Positions 36,806 to 46,323 of a DNA stretch of 55,851 bases are shown here, one piece after another; positions within the stretch are counted from its first letter, which is position 1, and each line of letters opens with the position of its first letter. The stretch is taken from positions 1 through 55,851 of the IMG/VR virus record IMGVR_UViG_3300025151_000004, one strand, 5' to 3'. The translations under genes and the position numbers were made by a program. The notes under the pieces are model-generated. The model saw only the letters and a list, made by a program, of their open reading frames with translations, ran no database searches and was not told the DNA's origin. The DNA comes from a virus. Lineage: Duplodnaviria > Caudoviricetes.

Positions 36806-38317
36806 TTAATCATCTCTACCACGTCGATCAATCCAGCCAAATGTAGATACATTGAGGGTATTGGGATATGATCCCGAGAAGCTTCGTGCCCTTACCTGAC
36901 TAGATGTGTTAGTCCTCACTGGGGGAATAGCCCCTGCGATAACACCACGAGCGCCTGTGCCAGATGGGGCTGGATTATCGAAAGCAAGAGAATAAGTACC
37001 TGATCCTAAGTTTGGTTCAGTGACCGTGACATCCGCAGTATCCAGAGGGCTGATATATACACCAACACGATCATTGAAGCCGGTCCCGGAAACAATCGCA
37101 TTAATACCCAGAAGGGCCTCTGTCTTGATACCGGAAGGTGTGGAAAGACTAAGGGTCTTGGCGGATGCAGTAACAGTTGCCGCCGATACATCTACAACAG
37201 GGGTAAACCAATTAAAGTTATCACCTGTCTGAACAAAGTTCTTGACGGAGACATCCGCATCTGAATAGATGGAACCAATCCGTCTCTTCAAGGTATAGCC
37301 TGATGGCATTGTCGGCGAACTAAGATTGGTTGATGCCAATGTTGCAGCAGAAACACCTTCAGCCTTTGAGATTGCAAATACATGATACCATGTTGCAGAT
37401 GTCACTGTTCCGGTATCAAGAGCGTTCGCACCGGTTGATGCTAGGCTTAGAGCGGTGGCGGATGCAAGAGTAATATCGTAAGTGTTGGTGTCAGATCGTG
37501 CCTGACCCACAGCGATTGAAATTCCTGTGGAAGATACAGGGGTCATCCCATAACCGCTGAGATATGATCTGGGTGAGCCAAACGATGTAAAACTCAGGGT
37601 TCCAGATCCGTCTGTCTTAAGAACCTGTCCTGCAATGCCGTCATTACGTGGTAGGGTATAAGTCACATTAGCAGTGACTGTGGCGGGGGCTTGGAGAGCG
37701 ATGTAATGGGAAGAGTCTGCGTCTGCAAACCTTACTTCACTCTCAGCATTCATGGTGATGTTACTGGAGAAAGTAGCTGCGGCCATAGAGGCTGAACCGG
37801 AGACAACAAGGCCACCTGTGATTGACACAGTACCGGAAACTGCCATAGGTACCTTAACATCAATAAGAGAAGTTCCCACAGATACATTAATCTCAGATGA
37901 GGTTGATTTAATACCAGCCGTCTCTACATCTCGTACTGATACACCGTCACACACAACGCCGATAACCTGACCCTGTGGAACCACCCGGCCAGAACCTGTG
38001 GCTGTCTTCATGTTAACAGTAAAAGAACCAGAGGTAGAATTACGGATATCATAACCTTTGGAAAGGGCTGGAATTAGAACATTAACATTTCCAGTCAGAG
38101 TACCGGAAATATCAAGGAACGCACTACGAGACTGATCTGAAGATCCATCGGCTTGCGTCAGAGTAACATCAACGGATGAAACCGTGATCGTGGTATAGGC
38201 GGCGATAGAATCATCAACAAGATCAATGACATTATCATTAAGCACCGTACCCCATGTGTTTTCGTTTTCACCGGGGGTCTGCTTTTCAAGACGAATTCTG
38301 GTTGTATAAGTAGCCAT
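36806..38317 (-). CDS. tail fibre-like protein
   Basis: WG..LN N-terminus, TLP..DG..GQVLKTDGSGTLSF fibre motif, Ser/Thr-rich beta structure. Confidence 0.7.
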   Translation of the reverse strand: MATYTTRIRLEKQTPGENENTWGTVLNDNVIDLVDDSIAAYTTITVSSVDVTLTQADGSSDQSRSAFLDISGTLTGNVNVLIPALSKGYDIRNSTSGSFTVNMKTATGSGRVVPQGQVIGVVCDGVSVRDVETAGIKSTSSEINVSVGTSLIDVKVPMAVSGTVSITGGLVVSGSASMAAATFSSNITMNAESEVRFADADSSHYIALQAPATVTANVTYTLPRNDGIAGQVLKTDGSGTLSFTSFGSPRSYLSGYGMTPVSSTGISIAVGQARSDTNTYDITLASATALSLASTGANALDTGTVTSATWYHVFAISKAEGVSAATLASTNLSSPTMPSGYTLKRRIGSIYSDADVSVKNFVQTGDNFNWFTPVVDVSAATVTASAKTLSLSTPSGIKTEALLGINAIVSGTGFNDRVGVYISPLDTADVTVTEPNLGSGTYSLAFDNPAPSGTGARGVIAGAIPPVRTNTSSQVRARSFSGSYPNTLNVSTFGWIDRRGRDD

Positions 38318-38319
38318 TT

Positions 38320-38979
38320 CTAATTACTTCCTGTCAATGTGTTAGGACCGCCTGCTGGGCTTGCGGGCATAGCCATGCTATCTCTACGGGATCTACGTGC
38401 TTCATTATTCAGAGCCGCCATCTCTCTACCATAGAAAGATTCCCACAAATTAGCAGCCGTGGGATTTTTCATAAAGAGACTGGCTTCAACCATAGACCCA
38501 TAAAAAAGAGCATTGGAGCAAAACTGTGTAAAGTAGTTCTGTTCCTGTGATGAGGAGGCCAGAGCAGTCGGCTCGACTACATAAGAAATTTCAGCCGGGT
38601 AAGCTGATGCAGGTGCCGGAGCCACTAAGATTTCTGTGCCATAGTTAGCATAGTATCGTGGCTCGCCTACAGAGGTTCTGTCTGGCCAATAATCATTTAG
38701 ATATTCTTTTGTCTTCATCACAAGGTTAATACGAGAACCACTGCTTGTGATAGTAAGATTTTTAATAATAAGCGCATTATCAGGTTTCTGATAAATAGGG
38801 GTTGCCGTCACAAAATCTGTTGTGGCAAATGAAGTTAAACCCTGAAGGTCAATATCTCTTGTCAGTCTTCTTTCTGTACGAGAAATAAAATCAGGGATTG
38901 CATCAATAAACTCAGAACCTGTATTCTCAGCAGTTTCTTGAATAGATGATACAAGGGTTGTATAGGTTACAGTAGCCAT
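38320..38979 (-). CDS. head-tail adaptor / tail tubular protein A-like
   Basis: 219 aa, G.PRYYA, P.P...Y, ALFYGS patterns. Confidence 0.6.
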   Translation of the reverse strand: MATVTYTTLVSSIQETAENTGSEFIDAIPDFISRTERRLTRDIDLQGLTSFATTDFVTATPIYQKPDNALIIKNLTITSSGSRINLVMKTKEYLNDYWPDRTSVGEPRYYANYGTEILVAPAPASAYPAEISYVVEPTALASSSQEQNYFTQFCSNALFYGSMVEASLFMKNPTAANLWESFYGREMAALNNEARRSRRDSMAMPASPAGGPNTLTGSN

Positions 38980-39014
38980 ACGATGATCCTATCATATCTT
39001 AAATTAAAGGCCAA

Positions 39015-39506
39015 TTAAGCGGCTGATTTCCACACTGTAGAAATTTGAGGGACAGTTGTCCATGTAGTAGATACAGAGGAAACCCCATTCCATGTTGTAG
39101 ATACATCAGGAACAGGGAACCAGAAGAAAATACGACCTACTTCAAATCTACCTTCTACACCTGTAACATCAACAACCACGTCTCGACTAGTACTAATATC
39201 TCCAAGTTCAAATGTAGCCGATACACCGGTTACATCTATACTACGCCCAATTTGTGCAACTACAGTACCTAGTTCAAATGTGGCTGACACCCCTGTAACA
39301 GAAATATTTGATCCTGCGGTAATTCCGATATTACCAAGTTCAAAAGTAGCGGATACCCCTGTTACATTAATTGCAGTCGCCTGCTGGGCAATGATCGTCC
39401 CTAATTGAAAAGTTGCAGATACACCTGTGACAGTAACAGCCGCATTAATCGCTGTAATCGACGATGAAAAAGGTATCTGGGAAAAAGGAGCCGTGGAGAA
39501 TGTCAT
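39015..39506 (-). CDS. structural protein with VTGVSATFxLG repeats
   Basis: five ~23-aa repeats. Confidence 0.7.
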   Translation of the reverse strand: MTFSTAPFSQIPFSSSITAINAAVTVTGVSATFQLGTIIAQQATAINVTGVSATFELGNIGITAGSNISVTGVSATFELGTVVAQIGRSIDVTGVSATFELGDISTSRDVVVDVTGVEGRFEVGRIFFWFPVPDVSTTWNGVSSVSTTWTTVPQISTVWKSAA

Positions 39507-39509
39507 GGC

Positions 39510-41198
39510 TTATGCGCCACTAAAATTACTACGAGTACATTTAAAGGTGAATGAAAAGTTCCTGTCTGTTTCAGCAACTCCAGTTAATTTGAATAGAAGA
39601 GCATTACCAACGGCAACTGTGTTGCCTCCTGTGGCAGTGGCTATAGCTTTTGTAGTATTTACTGTAAGACCGTTCATCCCCGTCACCGTAGTTTCAGTTC
39701 CGGCAGCACTAGTTGCAATAATAACAGAAGCAGTAATCTCACCGGCTGAGAGTTTACTTGATAAGGTATTGACTGTGAAAGCGAATGGGGAGTCAACCAG
39801 AAGGAAGACTGGAGTAAAGCCAGAGTCAAGCTCATCTCCATACTGACCAGAGATTCCAAAAACTACATCAGTATCAACCGAGGTGGCAACAATGTTTGTC
39901 GCTGAGAGTGCAGGTGTGTGAACCTTTGTGGTTGCATGGATATTTGTAGCTGAGATAGTTGTGGCAGAGAGAGCCACAGTATGAATCTTTGTAGTTGCCG
40001 TAATGGTTGCAGCAATAATGTTCGTGGCCGATAGCGCCGGTGTATGTATATTTGATGTGGCTGTAACTGTGGCCGCTGTGAAGTTCGTAACAGAAAGCGT
40101 GGGTGTATGGATTGACGTGGCCGTCACAGTACCCGCTGTAATGTTCGTAGCTGACAAAGTTGGCGTATGGATGTTTGACGTTGCCGTTATTGTAGCAGCG
40201 ATGAAGTTCGTCACGGAGAGTGACGGAGTATGGATTGAGGTCGCTGTCACAGTTCCTGCGGTAATGTTGGTCGCAGATAGAGCAGCCGTATGAATCTTTG
40301 TCGTGGCAGTGATTGTGGCTGCGGTGATATTTGTAGCGGACAACGCAGGTGTATGGATGTTCGAGGTGGCAGTCACAGTCGCTGCTGTAAAGTTCGTCAC
40401 AGACAAGGACGGGGTATGAATCGAAGTGGCCGTCACAGACCCTGCTGCGATATTTGTTGCGGATAGTGTGGTAACAGAAAGAGCCGGGGTGTGTATCTTA
40501 GATGTTGCAGTAATTGTAGCTGCAATAAAGTCTGTCACGGACAGAGAAGGGGTATGAATTGACGTAGCCGTTACAGAACCTGCTGTAATATTTGTAGCTG
40601 ATAAAGCTGCGGTATGAATCTTGGTAGTCGCTGTGATCGTTGCCGCAGTAATATTTGTCGCTGAAAGAGACGGCGTATGGATATTTGATGTAGCCGTCAC
40701 CGTAGCTGCTGTGAAGTTTGTCACAGATAGGGACGGGGTATGAATTGAGGTAGCAGTTACAGTACCGGCTGTGATGTTTGTAGCCGACAGCGCCGGGGTA
40801 TGGATGTTTGATGTTGCGGTAACCGTGGCACCAGTGATGTTGGTGGCTGATACAGTCCCGGCAACTCCGATGTTGCCTGATGCATCAAGATAGACAGATT
40901 TACCGGCAGGATACCCGCAGAAGACAACCTTGGTCCCTGCGCCCAGATTTACCGCAGATCCACTATTAGATGATGCTAGGATTGTGTCACGGGATAGCGT
41001 GGTTCCTGATGAAGTATAAGTACCAAGACCTACTTCCCAGTCACCTGTTCCATCATCCGTAATCACATAATAAGTTGTATTGGTATTGCCAATCTGGGCA
41101 AACGTATCAAAACCATCATAGGAACCACTCAGCGTAATCGTGCCAGTGCCCGTTGTTGTTGTCTGTTGTTTTACTCTGTCTTTGACAACGAGAGCCAT
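39510..41198 (-). CDS. Thr/Ala/Ser-rich repetitive fibre protein
   Basis: DRVKQQTTTTGTG..WEVGLG virion-anchor domain followed by ~15 repeats of 20-21 aa. Confidence 0.75.
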   Translation of the reverse strand: MALVVKDRVKQQTTTTGTGTITLSGSYDGFDTFAQIGNTNTTYYVITDDGTGDWEVGLGTYTSSGTTLSRDTILASSNSGSAVNLGAGTKVVFCGYPAGKSVYLDASGNIGVAGTVSATNITGATVTATSNIHTPALSATNITAGTVTATSIHTPSLSVTNFTAATVTATSNIHTPSLSATNITAATITATTKIHTAALSATNITAGSVTATSIHTPSLSVTDFIAATITATSKIHTPALSVTTLSATNIAAGSVTATSIHTPSLSVTNFTAATVTATSNIHTPALSATNITAATITATTKIHTAALSATNITAGTVTATSIHTPSLSVTNFIAATITATSNIHTPTLSATNITAGTVTATSIHTPTLSVTNFTAATVTATSNIHTPALSATNIIAATITATTKIHTVALSATTISATNIHATTKVHTPALSATNIVATSVDTDVVFGISGQYGDELDSGFTPVFLLVDSPFAFTVNTLSSKLSAGEITASVIIATSAAGTETTVTGMNGLTVNTTKAIATATGGNTVAVGNALLFKLTGVAETDRNFSFTFKCTRSNFSGA

Positions 41199-41213
41199 GC
41201 TCGGACTCCCTTT

Positions 41214-41633
41214 TTATACAAGACGAATGATGGCTGTACTGGCCGCCGCAACTGGGAATTGAATCGTAAATGTACCATTTTCCACTTGCTTATTACCACC
41301 AAAATCTAAAACAGCAACGGCTGAATCAGATTTAGATGAGTTATAAATTAGCCCACCTCTTGTAGTAAAAGAGGCTGATGTCCACTGAGTGTTACTAACA
41401 TCAACAATTGCAACAGAACCATCTGTGGCTACTGTTACAATACTAAGAGTATTACCCCCTGCTGTGTATCCCGTACCACTAACTTCTGCTGAAGTGCTGT
41501 AAGCTGTGGTACCGCTGCTGAGTGAAGCAGCACTTGTAAAAAGAGCAAGTTTGAATGTGTTAGCATCAAAGTCCTGATCACCAAGAAGAACTTGTTTCTT
41601 AAATGAGATGCACATTCCTTGTGAGATAGCCAT
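41214..41633 (-). CDS. conserved virion structural protein
   Basis: SFK..L....F..DTFKLAL, EVSGTGYTAGG, VLDFG motifs. Confidence 0.7.
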   Translation of the reverse strand: MAISQGMCISFKKQVLLGDQDFDANTFKLALFTSAASLSSGTTAYSTSAEVSGTGYTAGGNTLSIVTVATDGSVAIVDVSNTQWTSASFTTRGGLIYNSSKSDSAVAVLDFGGNKQVENGTFTIQFPVAAASTAIIRLV

Positions 41634-41640
41634 TGTTATT

Positions 41641-41970
41641 TTAACTCCTAATAGTTACAGTACCACATTGAACTGTACCAGTGACATTACTTAAATATAC
41701 CACTTGGTTAAGATTTGAAACAAATGTGGTCATTGAAGGATTCCATGTTCTTGAATTAGGCGCAACCGAAACTTCAGGTCTGGCATCCCTCAAAATTCTA
41801 CGTGGTCCAATTCTGGGTGCTTTATTCTGGGGATGGTCTTTTAAATTAAAAGCACCATCAGATTCAGAAATATGAACAACAGCGCCTGTGCTTTCCTTTA
41901 CCCTTTGATCATAGGGCCACCTAAAGCCTGACTGATCACTAATAAACCATGGAGATTTTTTCCAACCCAT
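41641..41970 (-). CDS. conserved hypothetical structural-region protein
   Basis: ISDQSGFR and HPQ..L.DARP motifs. Confidence 0.65.
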   Translation of the reverse strand: MGWKKSPWFISDQSGFRWPYDQRVKESTGAVVHISESDGAFNLKDHPQNKAPRIGPRRILRDARPEVSVAPNSRTWNPSMTTFVSNLNQVVYLSNVTGTVQCGTVTIRS

Positions 41971-42642
41971 CTATACAACTCTCAAACGAGGCACTGCACG
42001 GAAAGAAGCTCTCTCCCTATCTTCTTCCATTGCGTTTTGCAATGCTTCTTCATAGACACCTTTTAGAAATGAGATACGATCTCCGGGGACACCGGGTCTT
42101 TTTATACCCATATGATAGGCCAAGCCATAAATTAAACAGGGGAGAAAACGAAAGGGAACATCCGCATCATCCACAGACTTGGTAAAGTCTTCGTATCTAC
42201 TCACATTCCAAAATCGGAAAACATCCGTGGAATTTTCTGGGGTAGGCCAGAGATAAACTGTAATGTCGTCTCTTTGTCTATGAACAGCATATTCAATAGG
42301 GCGTCCTGAAGCATCCTTGTTAGGAAGCTCTTCATATTCTTCCATGGAGATACGAGTAAGTTCAATATCATTACCATCACGCCGGACAGTCGCCTCCGTG
42401 ATATCTATGATTGACTGATCAAGAGTATAGGTAGCCGTGCCTTCTGTGACAGTCTGTGTGCCCAACCCTGTCTTCCATAGAAGGATTCCTCTATTCTGCC
42501 AGTCCGCAAGAATTAAATTTAAACTACGGCGAGCAGACTTTGGTTCTTTACCTAGATCAGCCTCGCCCCCAATCATATCTAGGGCCTCATCAATAATCTG
42601 ATCAATATCCATATTAAATGTAGTAGTGCCTGATGTTCCCAT
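41971..42642 (-). CDS. head-tail adaptor / tail tubular protein A-like
   Basis: ARRSLN....W.NRG, LWP.P, P.RFLP.L..GLAY. Confidence 0.65.
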   Translation of the reverse strand: MGTSGTTTFNMDIDQIIDEALDMIGGEADLGKEPKSARRSLNLILADWQNRGILLWKTGLGTQTVTEGTATYTLDQSIIDITEATVRRDGNDIELTRISMEEYEELPNKDASGRPIEYAVHRQRDDITVYLWPTPENSTDVFRFWNVSRYEDFTKSVDDADVPFRFLPCLIYGLAYHMGIKRPGVPGDRISFLKGVYEEALQNAMEEDRERASFRAVPRLRVV

Positions 42643-42644
42643 GA

Positions 42645-42902
42645 TTATGCCTTTCTAAACCTAGCTGTTTTTGCTGCAATACGCTTTGGTTGTTTTACCA
42701 CTTGTTTCCCTGCTTTTGTTCCTTTCCTCTTTGCCCGAGTAGTTGCAGCATACTCAGATGGACTAAGAGACTTAATAGCTTTCTCAGGAAGGTATCTTTC
42801 CCCTGTTGCTTTCGGACCCTGTGTAGAAGGCTTACCAGATTTTGTACGCCAGTTCTGATTAGTCCAGTTCTTTAAACTTCTTTGAGATTTTTTAAGGGGC
42901 AT
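42645..42902 (-). CDS. small basic protein (DUF5872-like C-part)
   Basis: SLKNWT.Q.WRTKSGK, ERYLP. Confidence 0.7.
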   Translation of the reverse strand: MPLKKSQRSLKNWTNQNWRTKSGKPSTQGPKATGERYLPEKAIKSLSPSEYAATTRAKRKGTKAGKQVVKQPKRIAAKTARFRKA

Positions 42903-43150
42903 TACTTATAACCCCCACCTTGTTTTTTATATTCTCTGGCTAGCATTTGCGCTTTCCGTGCGGACCACTGACCTGAGCTACCGCCCTTGTTTCCAGCTTT
43001 AATTTTTTCAAAAAGTTTCTTTCGCATCCCCGGTTTCGTATAATTACCTGCTTCATTCACACGGGAAACAGACCCGCCTTTTTTATAAGACGGCTTTTTC
43101 TTTTTCCCAGAAACTAATTGTTTTTTAATCATCCCTCTGGAGATAGCCAT
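42902..43150 (-). CDS. small basic protein (DUF5872-like N-part)
   Basis: NYTKP, GQWSARKAQ..A..YK..GGGY. Confidence 0.7.
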   Translation of the reverse strand: MAISRGMIKKQLVSGKKKKPSYKKGGSVSRVNEAGNYTKPGMRKKLFEKIKAGNKGGSSGQWSARKAQMLAREYKKQGGGYK

Positions 43151-43584
43151 TAGATAAATCTCCGGCCAATATATTCTTCCTCATCATCTTCTTCTACCAT
43201 GTTAACAATAGGTCCGCCCTTCATCCACGAACTACAAACATTTTTGGAAGAACAAATAAAATGAAATAGCTGGCAATAACCCAATTCAGGATTTTTAGTT
43301 TTATCTAAAATCTCGTTAACTTCCATACCCTCTTCAATACAATCAAGCATGTTAAGAGTCTGATTAAAGTAACCACAGTTACCACATTTTTTATCAGGAT
43401 CTGTTGAAGGACCATAATCATGTTCATGAATAGCTACCTGTTTATTTGTATTATTCATGACACCATCATGTGTTGCTACCGGACAGGTAACTGCAATCTC
43501 TTGTTCACCATACTCTTCAGGCGCACACTCTTCACAAGAACAATCAGAATCATGCCCATTTTCGATAACAACTGTAACCTTCAT
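43150..43584 (-). CDS. acidic Cys-rich protein, HiPIP-like Cys spacing
   Basis: CGNCGYF..GYCQLF..VCSSW. Confidence 0.65.
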   Translation of the reverse strand: MKVTVVIENGHDSDCSCEECAPEEYGEQEIAVTCPVATHDGVMNNTNKQVAIHEHDYGPSTDPDKKCGNCGYFNQTLNMLDCIEEGMEVNEILDKTKNPELGYCQLFHFICSSKNVCSSWMKGGPIVNMVEEDDEEEYIGRRFI

Positions 43585-43862
43585 TTACATCTCCATCTTC
43601 TTCTTGCTGCACAAATTCTTTTCTTAGGTGTCTTAGAGCAGTTTATATTGTGCATCTTCATCTGACCTTTTGATCTTGCACAATAACTCTTACGTCTTTT
43701 TGCTCTCGATGCGCTAGGTTTCTTTTCTGTAACAGCAGTTTGTAACTTCGATCCCGGATTAGCTCTCCGATATTTCTGAACACCCTTCTTTGTAAGACCT
43801 GCTCCCTTTGATGTTGAAAGCTTTTCTCCACGTTTTACTGATAGACTGGGCATCTTAGCCAT
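43581..43862 (-). CDS. small basic protein (DUF6321-like)
   Basis: GLT.KG...YR..NPGSKL, RRKSYCARS, RRW.C. Confidence 0.7.
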   Translation of the reverse strand: MAKMPSLSVKRGEKLSTSKGAGLTKKGVQKYRRANPGSKLQTAVTEKKPSASRAKRRKSYCARSKGQMKMHNINCSKTPKKRICAARRRWRCK

Positions 43863-43867
43863 CAGAT

Positions 43868-44155
43868 TTAACCGACTAAAACTGTGGCATGAACAGATGT
43901 TGGAACACTGATATAGAGACCATCGTTAAAACGAATACCGCTTTCTGGAACAAAAATATCATTGCTTCCGTTAGTCATTGTAGGAGCTTCCATAACAATA
44001 TTTCCATCTGTCTGGCCTCCTTCTCTAAGAGTTACTTTTCCTAAAGCTGCTGTCCCATTCCCAACAATATTTAAACCACGCAGTCTTCCTCCTGCATCAG
44101 TCAAGGTTGTTGAGGCGGTAACATAATACGCTTTTACATTAGTTGGCATAATCAC
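43868..44155 (-). CDS. small beta-rich structural protein
   Basis: 95 aa downstream of capsid gene, GIRF.DG motif. Confidence 0.65.
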   Translation of the reverse strand: MIMPTNVKAYYVTASTTLTDAGGRLRGLNIVGNGTAALGKVTLREGGQTDGNIVMEAPTMTNGSNDIFVPESGIRFNDGLYISVPTSVHATVLVG

Positions 44156-44202
44156 TGTCCTTCTTGATATGGGGAATACCCCGTAAAGTACCTAATTATA
44201 GA

Positions 44203-44237
44203 ATAAGAAAGGGGGGAACTCCAACTGAATTCCCCCC
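44203..44237 (-). terminator. intrinsic terminator after major capsid gene
   Basis: GGGGGGAATTC..GAGTTCCCCCC stem followed by TTTCTTATT on - strand. Confidence 0.65.
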
Positions 44238-44271
44238 GATCTCAAACTACAAGGTATTATCTAATAGAATA

Positions 44272-45177
44272 TTAGACGCCCTTGTTACCTCTCCACTGAC
44301 GCCAGTCACTCCAGCCGAAGCTATAACGCTCACGGGCCTTGAAGCGAAGGTTGCCGGTGTCAAAGTCTGGTTCCATCTTCGTGGCCAGAGGCGCTCTCAT
44401 GAACATCTTTGTACCATTTGGACAGTCGTTCCGCAGGAACCATGCGTCTGCGTCGGTGAAACGACGGTTGACAAAGTAACCATTTGGAACAAGGCCCAGA
44501 TTACGAACGGCGTTGATGTCGTTCAAATCTGTGTTGGACCTACCGGGAGATGCCAGAATACGATCAGCATCAAACTGACCATCTGGGGCAACATGAAGTG
44601 AGACTGGTGAAGCACCGATGAAGATACCACGATCATCCTTAATCTTATGAGTATTGATGATAGCAGTTTCGAGAGTGCCTTCTGCTAGATCAGCAGCAGT
44701 CTCTAGGTTTGACTGATTGCCATCGCCGACAGTTGGATGGGCGGCTGAGAACAGCACGACACCATCGCCACCGACATAGCCAGCAGTGAAACCATTGTTG
44801 TACACGTTAGCTGCCTTGACCTGCTTGGTCTGAGCCATTGCACGAGCAAGGGCACGGGCACGTACTTTAGAGAACGTGTCATAGAGATTGTCTTCCATCG
44901 CTTCTTCCGTAACGGCAAAAGCAAGAGCAACAGTCTCAGCGGTATAGCGAGCAGTCCATGATTCCTGAGCGGTATCATAAACAACTGCTGCACCTTCAGC
45001 TTTAGTTGGGGCTGCGCCAAAGCCAGTCATAAGCACTTCTTCCTCAAACGCTCGATCAGAATTTTCCATATCAAAAAGAGGACGATCCTCTTCATCAACG
45101 GCTGCATACTCCAGACCGAAAATTGCATTTAGACCGGGAAGAAGTTGCTTGGCAATATCTGCACGATTAATAGCCAT
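44272..45177 (-). CDS. major capsid protein
   Basis: LLPGLNA.FG.EY, S.RAFEEEV, EEA.EDNLY, DGV.LFS..HP, RFKARERYSFGWSD; GGAGG RBS. Confidence 0.85.
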   Translation of the reverse strand: MAINRADIAKQLLPGLNAIFGLEYAAVDEEDRPLFDMENSDRAFEEEVLMTGFGAAPTKAEGAAVVYDTAQESWTARYTAETVALAFAVTEEAMEDNLYDTFSKVRARALARAMAQTKQVKAANVYNNGFTAGYVGGDGVVLFSAAHPTVGDGNQSNLETAADLAEGTLETAIINTHKIKDDRGIFIGASPVSLHVAPDGQFDADRILASPGRSNTDLNDINAVRNLGLVPNGYFVNRRFTDADAWFLRNDCPNGTKMFMRAPLATKMEPDFDTGNLRFKARERYSFGWSDWRQWRGNKGV

Positions 45178-45190
45178 GTCTCAACCTCCC

Positions 45191-45769
45191 TTAGCTCTGT
45201 GCGGCTGAAGTGTACGAATCGACATGCTGTACGAGACGGACTTCAACTTTTGGGTTTGCATCGCCAAAGGCATTGTCAGGAACATTGCTGATCCCAATAA
45301 CCTGTAGCATTGCAGATGTGGAAGCACGGCCAGCAACCTTTAGACCAAAGCCAGAACGGCCAGTCAGGGTTGAGCCCGCACCGAGTGTAACAGTGTAGTT
45401 AATACCTACATCACCGAGGGTGACAGTGGCGTCAGCCTGAACGATGTAAGTGGATGCTGGGTCGTCATTGACGATAGCATATGGGGTTCCGTCAACAGAA
45501 GACGTGCTGGCTGGCCAGTACTTGCCAAAAATTGGCTGCTTGCTAACGGGATCAACATATTCGCAACCTTGGAAGGTTCCGAGAACATGATCAGTAGTAG
45601 TAGTGATGACCGCAATAGTCCCAGTTGAACCAAGCTTTACAACGTCACCAGAAAAGATGTTGCTTGCAAAAGCATTGGCAATGCGATAGCGGGTGGTGCC
45701 ACCTGAGTTAGCACCGGAGCCTCGCATTCTAGCAGGGACTAGGCCATTTAGACCTTTATTCAAAGCCAT
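45191..45769 (-). CDS. capsid-associated (decoration/minor head) protein
   Basis: between scaffold region and capsid; IF.GD.V, G.F.GCEY motifs. Confidence 0.65.
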   Translation of the reverse strand: MALNKGLNGLVPARMRGSGANSGGTTRYRIANAFASNIFSGDVVKLGSTGTIAVITTTTDHVLGTFQGCEYVDPVSKQPIFGKYWPASTSSVDGTPYAIVNDDPASTYIVQADATVTLGDVGINYTVTLGAGSTLTGRSGFGLKVAGRASTSAMLQVIGISNVPDNAFGDANPKVEVRLVQHVDSYTSAAQS

Positions 45770-45812
45770 TTGATTTCCTCCAATATAGCCTCGATGGGTT
45801 TATCTTACCCAC

Positions 45813-46304
45813 TTATGAATCAAAGTGAGCGGACTTACCCGTCCTTGCCCTTGATTTACTGGCATTAGTAATAGGAGCCCGTGAATCATTATCCCTCATG
45901 AGACTGTTATTTACAGCTTCATTAAGAATTCTTGTACGTTCAGCGGTCCTATGTATCCGTTCTTCTCTCAGTTCGTGTGGCATCTTTGCAAGGGCTACAT
46001 CCCCACGAATAATACAACCAGAGAGACGACCGGCGTCAAGACCTTTGAAATTTCGAGCCATATCTGGGCATTCTTCTTCCGTCACAAATTCCCAACCTTC
46101 GTTAAGGCGGACACCGATATTCTTGGTATCCTCTTCGCCTCTGACTGAAATCCTTACCCATTTAAGGGCAAATCCCATATCATCAAATGTTTCAATAACA
46201 TCATCTGGGATATCCAACCAATTGGGACGCTCATATGTATTCTGACGGGAATCCTTATCTCGCTCTTCATCAGATCTCGACTGTCTTTCAACTACTCGTG
46301 CCAT
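45813..46304 (-). CDS. conserved head-module protein
   Basis: WVR..EGWEFV..I..GD..LAK.P pattern. Confidence 0.65.
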   Translation of the reverse strand: MARVVERQSRSDEERDKDSRQNTYERPNWLDIPDDVIETFDDMGFALKWVRISVRGEEDTKNIGVRLNEGWEFVTEEECPDMARNFKGLDAGRLSGCIIRGDVALAKMPHELREERIHRTAERTRILNEAVNNSLMRDNDSRAPITNASKSRARTGKSAHFDS

Positions 46305-46323
46305 GTCTTATGTTTCTCCCACG

